Virus record (IMG/VR): IMGVR_UViG_3300011185_000002
DNA from: a virus
Length of the DNA stretch: 32,724 nucleotides
Reading direction: 5' to 3' (one strand)
Every line of letters starts with the position of its first letter. The first letter of the stretch is position 1. Below the pieces are notes generated by a model that did not search any database, had not been told where the DNA came from, and was given only the letters and a program-made list of their open reading frames with translations. A program made the position numbers and the translations under genes. Below are positions 9,110 through 17,487 of the stretch, one piece after another.

Positions 9110-9133
9110 TCCACAAACAAATAGGTGAACGAG

Positions 9134-9478
9134 ATGGCTAACGTACAAGTGCGCAAACTCACTGTCGCAGATGCGCTAAACGTGGCAGAGATTATCGATC
9201 AGACCCTTGAAACAATGGGTACTGATGAGCTCATTAAAATGATGAGTGGGAACAGCACGAAAGAAGTTGGGGTGAAGCTGATGAAAGCTGCTCTTAAGCA
9301 GAGCCGTACCTCAGTATTGAGCTTCCTGGCTGACGTCAACAACATGAAGACTGAGGAGTTCCTTGAGCTAGACGCCGAGGCTATTCCTAAGACGATCCAG
9401 TCAATCCTTAACGACCCCAGGAACTCGGGTTTTTTCGAACAGTTGCGCGGTTTACTGCCGTCCGTGCACAGCCAGTAA
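9134..9478 (+). CDS. Tail assembly chaperone (gpG analogue)
   Basis: This is a small acidic ORF between the tube and tape-measure genes. It ends 40 nt after a slippery heptamer. An AGGTGA RBS lies before the ATG at 9134. The ORF track begins at the GTG at 9125. Confidence 0.75.
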   Translation: MANVQVRKLTVADALNVAEIIDQTLETMGTDELIKMMSGNSTKEVGVKLMKAALKQSRTSVLSFLADVNNMKTEEFLELDAEAIPKTIQSILNDPRNSGFFEQLRGLLPSVHSQ

Positions 9479-9846
9479 CAGCTAACTTCCCAAAGCAAAC
9501 GGCAGTGCAGGGGATGTGGCGCGAGATTGAATTCCTCGCGTCACGCTACTCCCAATTACCGGGTTCCCTGCTTTCTTTAGAATTCCCAGACTACAATGAC
9601 TACGCTGAGGCTGCTCTGGCGAACCAGAAGCATGAGATGTTCTCCTCTATGCGGGTCGAGCTACTGCCCTTTTGGCTCAAGAACGGCAAGACAATGGGGG
9701 TCGATTTTGATACGCTATGCGAAAAGCTGGACATACAGTGCCAGCATTTCAGCAAGCATAGTTCGTTTAGGAAGGCCAAGGCCTCGAAAGCTATAGAGCG
9801 GGCGGAAGCGATAAAGAACTCAGACTCTAAGAGGAAGGCAACATGA
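9134..9846 (+). CDS. Tail assembly chaperone frameshift fusion (gpGT analogue). Translation starts at 9134, slips -1 at about 9433, and continues to 9846.
   Basis: The downstream ORF (9505-9846 in the track) lies in the -1 frame relative to 9134-9478. That frame stays open back to the slippery site, and the ORF ends in an ATGA overlap with the tape-measure start. Confidence 0.65.
9427..9436 (+). promoter_or_regulatory. Programmed -1 ribosomal frameshift site (G_GGT_TTT overlapping T_TTT_TTC)
   Basis: The zero frame reads TCG GGT TTT TTC. The -1 frame has no stop from 9427 to 9846 (I checked it codon by codon). Confidence 0.75.
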
Positions 9847-11381
9847 ACGCTTTCGAAGTTGTAGGAACGTATTTGATCCGGGGCGTGCAGCAGGCCGTCA
9901 ACCAGATCAACGCAGTATCTCAGCAGGCGAACCAGTCATCTCAGAGTCTGGACCAGCTTGGCGGGCAGTCGGATCAGACAAGTAGTGACCTCCATAACCT
10001 GGGTGGATCCGCTGATGATGCAACTAACGCACTTAACGACGCCGGTGGCGCAGCGGGCGATGCTAGTAACGAGATAGCGGACGCCGGCGACTCATCGCGC
10101 AGGTCCGGGCGTCAGGTTCGGTCCCTCTCTGCTAGACTGGGGGACTTGGCTAATACCGCTGGAGATGCTGCTAATCGCGTATCTGGGTTCGCTGCGGCCG
10201 CGGTAGGTGCACTCTCCGGTGCTGCACTAGGGTTCGGAGCGCAGCTAGGCGAAGAGGCTAAGCTTATTGAGCGATATAGCAAGCTTCTTAACACTACTAG
10301 AGATGAATTTCAGGAGCTTGCTTTCGGGGCACGGTCAGCAGGTTTTGACATGGAGACGTTTGGTGATGCGATGACCGACCTCCAAAGAAACCTGGCAGCC
10401 GCAGAGACAATGGAAGGGGCCGGCCCTTTCCAAGATTTTTTCGATATAATTAACGGTAAAGTTGACGTTTCAATACGGCAGTTCCAGAGACTCTCAGGCC
10501 CAGAAGCGCTCCAGCTAATGGTAAACTCAATGGAGAAAGCGTCAGCGAGCCCGAGGCAGATGTCGTTTGCTTTGGATAGCGTAGGCAGCGATCTGGACCG
10601 ATTGTTACCTCTATTGCGTAGCAACGGGGCCGGCATGCAGGAGATGGCGGGACGCGCTAGGGAGCTAGGGACTATCCTTTCAGGCGAAACTGTTGAGGCC
10701 GGGCTGTCTGCGTCCACTCAGTTGAGAGAGCTTGGAGAGCAGACTGACGATATCGCTAACAAGCTAGGGGAGGGGTTCGAGCCCGTTCTTCGTGAGATGA
10801 ATAGGCTTATGGAAGACCACGTAACTCCGGCAGTCGAGTGGTTATCCGGGAAAGTTAAAGAATTGGGCGAGGCGTATTTAGAGCTCCCTGAACCTGTCCG
10901 TGACATAATTGCAGCTTTAGGCGGTTTGCTAATAGTTTTTGGCCCGGTCCTATCAATCGTTCTAAGATTCGGGCGCGTGATAATCGGACTATTCCGGCCT
11001 ATAGCGACGATTATCGGGTATATTGTCAGGTTCGGGAGGCTGCTCACTCCGGCAGGCATAATTATTACCGGTATAATCGCCATAATTGGCCTTCTCTTTG
11101 ACTGGGGCGAAGCCTGGGACTGGGTCGCAGAGAAAGCAAAAGGGGCTGCAAACTGGATTAGTGAGGCGCTCGGGCTTGGCAAGGTGTTCAATGATCAGCA
11201 GCAGGCTACTCCTGAGTTCGGTAACGCAGACGCGTCAACGGATGGGGCTGCGGCGAGATCTGGATCCACTCGCGAGGGTGGAGGTAACGTCACTCTCAAC
11301 AACCCTATATTTAACGAGGAGGGCGGTCTAAACAATCTTCTCAGGCGATACGGATCCGGGACCGCTGGAGGTACAGCATGA
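9843..11381 (+). CDS. Tail tape measure protein (short, 512 aa)
   Basis: The position after the G/GT pair fits. The sequence is Ala/Gly/Gln-rich and helical. The C-terminal third carries long hydrophobic segments (IIAALGGLLIVFGPVLSIVLRFGRVIIGLF...IITGIIAIIGLLF), as in many tape measure proteins. Confidence 0.8.
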   Translation: MNAFEVVGTYLIRGVQQAVNQINAVSQQANQSSQSLDQLGGQSDQTSSDLHNLGGSADDATNALNDAGGAAGDASNEIADAGDSSRRSGRQVRSLSARLGDLANTAGDAANRVSGFAAAAVGALSGAALGFGAQLGEEAKLIERYSKLLNTTRDEFQELAFGARSAGFDMETFGDAMTDLQRNLAAAETMEGAGPFQDFFDIINGKVDVSIRQFQRLSGPEALQLMVNSMEKASASPRQMSFALDSVGSDLDRLLPLLRSNGAGMQEMAGRARELGTILSGETVEAGLSASTQLRELGEQTDDIANKLGEGFEPVLREMNRLMEDHVTPAVEWLSGKVKELGEAYLELPEPVRDIIAALGGLLIVFGPVLSIVLRFGRVIIGLFRPIATIIGYIVRFGRLLTPAGIIITGIIAIIGLLFDWGEAWDWVAEKAKGAANWISEALGLGKVFNDQQQATPEFGNADASTDGAAARSGSTREGGGNVTLNNPIFNEEGGLNNLLRRYGSGTAGGTA

Positions 11382-13048
11382 TCGCATCAGATTTCAGCCA
11401 ATCAGTAATCGTAGGCACAACTGAGCTTTACGTAACTGGGCTTGTAGTAGACGAGAACATCGACGGAATTGTGCCCGGGTTCAGGTTTCGGGTGCATTCT
11501 GCTGTCAACCCAAATGCTGAAAACGTCCTGGCGCTATCCAAGCTGGTGCTTATTGGTCAGAACGATGCTCTTCAAAGTGTATCCTGGACGGGCTATATAG
11601 AGTCAGTCCAGGTTGTACGCACTGACGACGATGACATCTATGAGGTTGGGTGCGTAGGCGAGGCAGATCGCCTTTCTAGGATCCGCTTCACTAAGCAGTA
11701 TCCAGCATCTATGACAGCCTCTGAGATAGTCAACGCTGTCATGTCAGACTACGCCAGCGGCACCGGTATAGACACTGCTGGTGTTGAGAATAACCAGCAG
11801 AACATCGGCGGCCTGATGGTCAGGGAAGAGACTATCACAGAGGTTTTTACTAAGATCTCACGGCGCACCGGGTGGGCCTTTTCAGTTGAGTCTGGATCCC
11901 TGAAGTTCTACGATCCATTGACCAGGGCAGCCCCGTTCCAGATTGAGTCTGGAAGCAACATGCAGCGGAGCACTTTGCGGCTGGACCAATCTCTGGCCGG
12001 GGTGTATAACGTCGTTAGAGGCGAGGCGTATGAGTATCAGAACGTATCCTTCTCTAAGGGCATTAGCGGCTGCGCCCAGACAGTTTTCGGGCCTCAATAC
12101 GGGGCTGAATGGAAAGTTTCCGAGCCTCCAGTTATAAAGTCTCCGGATGAACTTGAGGGTTTTACTGGAGAAGTTAACCTTACAACTGGCGCGGTCGAGT
12201 TCGGGGATCCTCTGAGCCTGCCTGGGTCCGGGGATCCAAACGACCAGGAATTCACAGTCACCATAGCTTACCAGGTCAGGAGAAAAGTGCTGGTGGAGTA
12301 CCGTGACGATACATCTATCTCACAATACGGTGAGAGAGTGGGCACCTTCAACGCTAACAACGGCGGTGATGACATTGAGACGGTGTCAAAAAGGCTTGAG
12401 GCTGATATAAACAGAAAGTCACAACCTAAAATCTCGGGTAGCGTTCGAGTTAATCGACTCGGGATCCGTGCCGGCATGTTTGTGTCCATTACGCCATTTG
12501 GTCAGATAACCCCGCAAAGCGTAATCGTTACAAAGGTCGGGCATGTGACAGACGGCGTCGACTGCCAGGTCTCTATCAGCTTCGAATCCAGAAGCTACTT
12601 TTTTGCTGAGCCCGTTTACGAGCTTATGGAGAGGATCGAGAATCTGGAAAGGAGCGGCCTGCATGAGGACTCGATTAGCGGTAAAGTCATCCGCGAAATA
12701 GGTAACGTGAAGAATACCGGGCCTGTATCCTTCGATGTAGTGACCGTTAGCGACAATGTGATTGCAACTATCGCTTTCGTTGGTAAGTTCACCGGTGGTG
12801 GTAACGCAAACCTGACGCCGCAGGAAATCAAGTTCGCCAGGGCTAGCCTCACAGGTAGTGGTGCGTTAAACTATGACTATACCGCAATCCCAGGAGAGAG
12901 AGGCCAGTTCACTGGCGGTGGTGGTATTAACTTCAGCTATGTAGATACCCAGGGTACAGCGTTCAGGGTGACAGGCGGTGGCTCGCTCATGTACAATAGC
13001 ACTAAAGTTTCTGGTGTTCGTCTGAACCAGAATTTAATCGTAATATAA
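11378..13048 (+). CDS. Tail tip / distal-tail or baseplate protein (556 aa)
   Basis: The gene lies immediately downstream of the tape measure and is translationally coupled to it by ATGA. The C-terminus has three F/V-TGGG pseudo-repeats. The family was not recognised. Confidence 0.45.
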   Translation: MIASDFSQSVIVGTTELYVTGLVVDENIDGIVPGFRFRVHSAVNPNAENVLALSKLVLIGQNDALQSVSWTGYIESVQVVRTDDDDIYEVGCVGEADRLSRIRFTKQYPASMTASEIVNAVMSDYASGTGIDTAGVENNQQNIGGLMVREETITEVFTKISRRTGWAFSVESGSLKFYDPLTRAAPFQIESGSNMQRSTLRLDQSLAGVYNVVRGEAYEYQNVSFSKGISGCAQTVFGPQYGAEWKVSEPPVIKSPDELEGFTGEVNLTTGAVEFGDPLSLPGSGDPNDQEFTVTIAYQVRRKVLVEYRDDTSISQYGERVGTFNANNGGDDIETVSKRLEADINRKSQPKISGSVRVNRLGIRAGMFVSITPFGQITPQSVIVTKVGHVTDGVDCQVSISFESRSYFFAEPVYELMERIENLERSGLHEDSISGKVIREIGNVKNTGPVSFDVVTVSDNVIATIAFVGKFTGGGNANLTPQEIKFARASLTGSGALNYDYTAIPGERGQFTGGGGINFSYVDTQGTAFRVTGGGSLMYNSTKVSGVRLNQNLIVI

Positions 13049-13058
13049 GGTGATCACA

Positions 13059-14474
13059 ATGGCACAAGTACTTTACGACGGCTACACAGGAAATGTAACG
13101 GACAACGGTGGTAACGTCATCTCTGGCGCTACCATCGAGGTTTACAATGCTATCGATCCGGATCCGCTGGCTGGGGCTAATACCCTAGCTACGATCTACA
13201 GCGATCGTGATGGCGCTACCTCAGTCGATCAGGGTGTCAGCCCGATCATGTCTGACGCGAACGGGAAGTTCACTTTCTATTCCGATGCCGGGTACTACCA
13301 CATCGTGGTTACTAATGGTGGGGATCAGAGTGCTATCCCGGATGTGCCAGTGGGCACTGCTAAAAGCCTTGATGTTGATGAGGTAGCGGGATCAGGTGGC
13401 GGGCTCTCTGTACTAGGGTCTATTACAGGGGACGTTACGATTAGCGACACACAGATACTCGGCCCGGGATCAGTCACAAAGGAGCAAACTTTTAACGTTG
13501 CTAGTGCGATCAGAGGAGCGGCATTCTGCTTCACAAACTCTGGGCAGCATGCCTACTTATTTGACCTGAACACGACGGATGTTATCCATTATACACTGTC
13601 TACACCTTACGATATCACTACTATGACTGAAGCTAATGATACTATTAATGCTGACGCAATAACAGGCAGCACAGGGGTTACAGAGATGTACGCTGCCGAG
13701 GACGGTGCTAATATATATTTCTTGAACCCGACCACGTATAGGGCGTATCAAGTAGGGCTGTCTAGCACTAACGACCTATCTACTGCCATTTTAGTCGGGG
13801 ATACATTCGTTGTAGGTGGGGCCCCTATACATCTTTGGATTTCAAGGGACGGTAAGTATATGCACGTCCTTGATGATTTCGGGGATGTTGCAATTACGAG
13901 TCTGGGTACTCCTTTTGAAATACTAACGCAGGAGTATTCTGGTTTTTACAGTCTGTCTGGCGTGCTCGGGGCCGGCGATATTGATGGCTTAACTTCTTAC
14001 GCCTTCTCAGAGGACTACGGGATGGCAGTGGCCGCCTCATCATACAGTAGCGAGGTGGATACAGTATTAAATTTTATATCGGTACCGCTGGCAGGAGAGG
14101 GCGGGGGTGTAGCACCTACCTACATAGGTTCATTTATAATCGGCAACGACTCTGTTTTCCCTTTCGGGATGTACATAGAGGGTACGGACATATTTTTGTG
14201 CGCTAACGTAGATGACGAGGTAGCGAGGTTCTCTGCGGTTGACCAAGTAAGTCAAGTCGAGGCCACTAACTTGGGAATTATGACGTATAAGGGGGCAGAG
14301 ATCGACCTGCTCAGTGAGGGGGTGCGGTCTGTTGGTTCAGTATTCTCAGATAATTCTATTATGGTGCGTCCGAGCTTAACCCAATCTAGTCAGCAGGGTG
14401 ATATCACGCTGGTAGTTGATAATGGTGATATTATCACCAGGTATAACGGCTTTAACGTCTGGAGGAAGCCATAA
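13059..14474 (+). CDS. Putative receptor-binding / tail fibre protein (471 aa)
   Basis: The gene follows the tail tip gene. The N-terminal segment VTDNGGNVISGATIEVYNA resembles carboxypeptidase-regulatory-like domains. The C-terminal part shows recurring S/T-P-Y/F-D/E-I/L blade-like repeats and lower GC. The ATG at 13059 follows AAGGTGA. Confidence 0.5.
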   Translation: MAQVLYDGYTGNVTDNGGNVISGATIEVYNAIDPDPLAGANTLATIYSDRDGATSVDQGVSPIMSDANGKFTFYSDAGYYHIVVTNGGDQSAIPDVPVGTAKSLDVDEVAGSGGGLSVLGSITGDVTISDTQILGPGSVTKEQTFNVASAIRGAAFCFTNSGQHAYLFDLNTTDVIHYTLSTPYDITTMTEANDTINADAITGSTGVTEMYAAEDGANIYFLNPTTYRAYQVGLSSTNDLSTAILVGDTFVVGGAPIHLWISRDGKYMHVLDDFGDVAITSLGTPFEILTQEYSGFYSLSGVLGAGDIDGLTSYAFSEDYGMAVAASSYSSEVDTVLNFISVPLAGEGGGVAPTYIGSFIIGNDSVFPFGMYIEGTDIFLCANVDDEVARFSAVDQVSQVEATNLGIMTYKGAEIDLLSEGVRSVGSVFSDNSIMVRPSLTQSSQQGDITLVVDNGDIITRYNGFNVWRKP

Positions 14475-14851
14475 TGAATAACTTTGGTATCAAAGGCCGT
14501 TTCCGCTGCGTTCGCGCACTGGACGGCCATGAAAGTATTTTCGATAACAGCATCACTCAGGCTGGGCTGGAGCGGATCCTTGATCTTATGGGAGGGCTCT
14601 CCTCTACGACCTGGACAGACCTACGCCTTGTCGGATCTAGTTCCAGCATTTTTGTCCAGAAGTCAGCCAGTTTCACTCGGGCCGGTAGTACTCTGGCGTC
14701 ACAGGCTGTGTTTAGTGCTTCAGAGCTACCTTTCGCAGCTGAATCGATCGAGATGTACGCCGGTGCTACTAAGGTGGCAGAGGCGCCGGTCACTCTGATG
14801 GCAGGGCAAACTTATTACATTACCCGTGAAGACGCGGTGACAACAAATTGA
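14474..14851 (+). CDS. Hypothetical protein, probably tail-associated (125 aa)
   Basis: It is coupled by a TAATG overlap to the upstream tail gene. I recognise no motif. Confidence 0.5.
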   Translation: MNNFGIKGRFRCVRALDGHESIFDNSITQAGLERILDLMGGLSSTTWTDLRLVGSSSSIFVQKSASFTRAGSTLASQAVFSASELPFAAESIEMYAGATKVAEAPVTLMAGQTYYITREDAVTTN

Positions 14852-14861
14852 GGTGGTAGTG

Positions 14862-15140
14862 ATGGCTGAATCCTGCGGACCAAAAGTAACAATCTACGAT
14901 CCTATTGAAGGCCCAAGCCAGATAGGCCTGCCTGAGTTCGGGGACCTTGTTGACGAGTTACGTAACCCTCCCCCAGCTAATGGGAATGACCCAATCCAAA
15001 ACCCTAGCGACGAGGTTTGGGAGGAGCTTAGCCGGGAGACTAGCGAAGTGCAGGTCGGTGGTGTTACAATCGAGCGAATCGATTCAGTGCTGTTTAAGAA
15101 GCCTTCTGGATCCCGGGTAGTTTTGAAATTCAATAATTGA
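14862..15140 (+). CDS. Hypothetical acidic protein (92 aa)
   Basis: A GAGGTGG RBS precedes the ATG at 14862. The ORF track starts at the GTG at 14853. Confidence 0.5.
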   Translation: MAESCGPKVTIYDPIEGPSQIGLPEFGDLVDELRNPPPANGNDPIQNPSDEVWEELSRETSEVQVGGVTIERIDSVLFKKPSGSRVVLKFNN

Positions 15141-15148
15141 GGTGTAAG

Positions 15149-15520
15149 ATGGCTAATAACTACACGCAGTATGCGAGAAACTTTATGCTAGACCAGTTGC
15201 CGGCTACGGTATATATCAGCCTTCATTCTGCGGACCCTACAAACGTCGGGAGCAATGAGGTGGCCGGTACAACCAGGGGTGTGATCAACCTGGATCCATC
15301 TTCAAACGGTGAGAGGCTATCAGTAGAAGACTTTGTTGATATCACTGTCCCGCAAGGATCGGATGTAGCTTTTGTCGGTGTGTTTGACGCTGCTACGGCG
15401 GGTAACTTCATTGCTTACTCCGCGGTGACTGACAGCAACGATGATCCAACTACGATCGACTTCCCGCAAGAGCTGCCGTTCCGTGTGACTGACATCAGTC
15501 TCGATCTTACCAACGCATAA
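15149..15520 (+). CDS. Hypothetical protein, possibly virion-associated (123 aa)
   Basis: A GAGGTG RBS precedes the ATG at 15149. The pattern VYISLHSADPTNVGSNEVAG...RGVINL recalls a conserved small phage protein family found near tail fibre genes. That recollection is my own and has not been verified. Confidence 0.45.
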   Translation: MANNYTQYARNFMLDQLPATVYISLHSADPTNVGSNEVAGTTRGVINLDPSSNGERLSVEDFVDITVPQGSDVAFVGVFDAATAGNFIAYSAVTDSNDDPTTIDFPQELPFRVTDISLDLTNA

Positions 15521-15532
15521 GGCGGGGGAGTT

Positions 15533-15841
15533 ATGGCTGATGCAGTTGCTGTCGCGGAGCGAATCGGAAGGCTGGAAGCTCAGATGATTGACATCAAAGA
15601 TGCGACCAGAAAACAGGACGAACAGATTGGAAAGCTTGAATCAGATTTAATCGCTGGAATGCGAGCGCAAGAAAGCTTATTGCGTGAAGTGGTTCATGAG
15701 CTGAAAGAGCAGCATAACAGCTTGAAGAGCAGCTACGATCGCATGAATGCGTTCACGAAAGGCGTTCTATGGCTGGGTGGTATCGTAGCGGCCGGCATGG
15801 TGTTGCTCAGTAAATTCGATGTAAAGGGGTTTTTCTCATGA
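15533..15841 (+). CDS. Coiled-coil protein with a single C-terminal TM helix (lysis-associated; holin or antiholin candidate)
   Basis: A heptad-like N-terminal 70 aa is followed by GVLWLGGIVAAGMVLLS. An ATGA overlap joins it to the next TM protein. Confidence 0.45.
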   Translation: MADAVAVAERIGRLEAQMIDIKDATRKQDEQIGKLESDLIAGMRAQESLLREVVHELKEQHNSLKSSYDRMNAFTKGVLWLGGIVAAGMVLLSKFDVKGFFS

Positions 15842-16113
15842 GGGAATTTTTCGAAGGTTGGAGCTGGCTTGCTGTGGCAGCTATTGCAGTTGCCATGGTG
15901 TACCTGGTGGCGCCTCAGCAAGTGAGCTTGCTTGTATACACAATGGCGAAAATCAGCATCGGTGCCTTTGTAGGTCTGCTGATTGACAAGACTATTTTCA
16001 AGTACGCGAAACCGATCGACCTCACTGGGGATCCAGTTTTGTTTCGCGCAGCCTGCTATCGACGTGCTATCATCATTGCAGCGACTATCATAGGATCTGC
16101 AGTGGGGATTTAA
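15838..16113 (+). CDS. Putative holin (2-3 TM helices, 91 aa)
   Basis: The hydrophobic helices are WSWLAVAAIAVAMVYLVA, LLVYTMAKISIGAFVGLLI and AIIIAATIIGSAVGI. The gene lies directly upstream of the endolysin. Confidence 0.6.
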   Translation: MREFFEGWSWLAVAAIAVAMVYLVAPQQVSLLVYTMAKISIGAFVGLLIDKTIFKYAKPIDLTGDPVLFRAACYRRAIIIAATIIGSAVGI

Positions 16114-16115
16114 AA

Positions 16116-16724
16116 ATGATCTATCGAGTGATAGCCGCCTTTACGGCGGCTTTTCTGTTTGTGAGCGGTGCCCAGGCTAAAGACGTCCCGTCCACGGCGA
16201 AGCGGATGTACTTCCAGCAAGTTAAGGAGGTGCGCCTTCAGTTTGGGCTGTCCGGTCCAGTTGCTCTTCATGGAGCTCAGATCCATCAGGAGTCTATGTG
16301 GCGGCCGAAAGCTGAGAGCCCAGTCGGTGCCCGGGGGCTCGCCCAGTTCATGCCGGCAACGGCGGACTGGATGCCTGAAGTTGATAAACGGCTGGCTGAT
16401 GTCGATTCGCTGGATCCTCGGTGGGCATTACGAGCACAGGCGAGCTATAACAAATGGTTATACGACCGCGTTGATTCTGCCAGCGAGTGCGATCGGTGGG
16501 CTTTTGTTCTGAGCGCTTACAATGGCGGATTAGGCTGGGTATACCGTGACAAGCGGCTGGCGGATGACAATCTGCGATGGTGGGGATCCGTAAAGGAAGT
16601 CTCTGACCGTGCAGACTGGGCATTTGAAGAGAACCGGGAGTACGTGGAGAAGATCCTGTTCCGGTGGCAGCCGATGTACCTTGAGGCCGGGTTCGCCGGC
16701 CCTGAGATCTGTGAGGAGAGATAA
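16116..16724 (+). CDS. Endolysin, a lytic transglycosylase (SLT domain) with an N-terminal signal or SAR sequence
   Basis: The SLT motifs are the catalytic E-S in QESMWRP, GLAQFMP and SAYNGG. The N-terminus MIYRVIAAFTAAFLFVSGAQA looks like a cleavable signal peptide. Confidence 0.85.
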   Translation: MIYRVIAAFTAAFLFVSGAQAKDVPSTAKRMYFQQVKEVRLQFGLSGPVALHGAQIHQESMWRPKAESPVGARGLAQFMPATADWMPEVDKRLADVDSLDPRWALRAQASYNKWLYDRVDSASECDRWAFVLSAYNGGLGWVYRDKRLADDNLRWWGSVKEVSDRADWAFEENREYVEKILFRWQPMYLEAGFAGPEICEER

Positions 16725-16725
16725 G

Positions 16726-17109
16726 ATGCCTGCAATTTTACCGTTTTTAACGAAGACCAGGATGGGCGTGGCCCTAATCGTAGCTGTCGCACTGGGCTCG
16801 ATAATAATCACCCAATACCTGTCGATAAAAGGCTACGAGGATCGCCTGTCAAAGAAGACAGAAGACGCGGCAGCATGCCAGGTATCCAAAGCCGTTGCCG
16901 AGGCGGATACTGCAAAGATAGAGTCTGAGCTGGCGGGAGTCCGTGAGCAGCTGAAGACTGCCCAAGCTAAAGCCGAAGCCGCTCAGGTGAGAGCCAAGGC
17001 ATCTGCTGAGAAAGAGATCTCTAAAGCGGACCAGAGAGCTGGTGCAGAGATGGAGCGCGAAGTCACAGAAGAGGAGATGACGTCATGGTACGAATCAGTA
17101 TGGCAGTAA
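16726..17109 (+). CDS. i-spanin (Rz-like)
   Basis: An N-terminal TM helix (GVALIVAVALGSIIITQYL) is followed by an Ala/Glu/Lys-rich coiled coil. The gene follows the endolysin, and its 3' end contains the start of a lipoprotein ORF. Confidence 0.75.
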   Translation: MPAILPFLTKTRMGVALIVAVALGSIIITQYLSIKGYEDRLSKKTEDAAACQVSKAVAEADTAKIESELAGVREQLKTAQAKAEAAQVRAKASAEKEISKADQRAGAEMEREVTEEEMTSWYESVWQ

Positions 17110-17381
17110 TCGCATTTGTGGCGCTGTCCGCCTGCACTACAACTGAATACGTCCCGCAAATCCGGACCGTAGAAGTGCCTGTAGTGGAGTATCGGGCGCC
17201 TAAGGTCACAGAAGACCTGAAGCGGAAGTTTACGCCGTCAGAGGTTAAATTTAGACTCTCTGGAGACCTGATCTGCATGGACCAAGAGAACGCTGGAAAG
17301 CTCAGATCTGACCTGGAGAGAGCTGCCGGTAAACTCAAGGCCTGGAAGTCTTTCTATTTAGGTCTGGATCATGTAAAGTAG
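17085..17381 (+). CDS. o-spanin (Rz1-like outer-membrane lipoprotein), overlapping the i-spanin 3' end
   Basis: The lipobox is MVRISMAVIAFVALSAC (L-S-A-C). The start lies 25 nt before the i-spanin stop, in another frame. A GAGGAG RBS sits 8 nt upstream. Confidence 0.75.
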   Translation: MVRISMAVIAFVALSACTTTEYVPQIRTVEVPVVEYRAPKVTEDLKRKFTPSEVKFRLSGDLICMDQENAGKLRSDLERAAGKLKAWKSFYLGLDHVK

Positions 17382-17412
17382 CCAGTACCTCGTTTGTTTG
17401 TGTGGTGGTGAT

Positions 17413-17440
17413 GCCCGGGTCTTCGGATCCGGGCTTTTTT
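17413..17440 (+). terminator. Rho-independent terminator ending the late/lysis operon
   Basis: The hairpin is GCCCGGGTC-TTCG-GATCCGGGC, followed by TTTTTT. Confidence 0.85.
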
Positions 17441-17487
17441 ATACCTGACTGAAAATAATTAAATGGGCTATTAGCCCGCTCAGGTGG

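Noticed and set aside
9107-9115. A perfect DnaA box, TTATCCACA, in the gap after the tail tube gene.
   Set aside because: It is a single isolated 9-mer with a chance expectation of about 0.25 for both strands of this genome. There is no cluster and no adjacent AT-rich unwinding element.
14484-14798. An alternative-frame plus-strand ORF (104 aa) inside 14474-14851. Similar cases lie at 16168-16512, 9596-9796, 19617-20015 and 29241-29579.
   Set aside because: The translations are Leu/Ser/Arg-rich and low-complexity with no RBS. The overlapping annotated frames have better starts and more protein-like composition.
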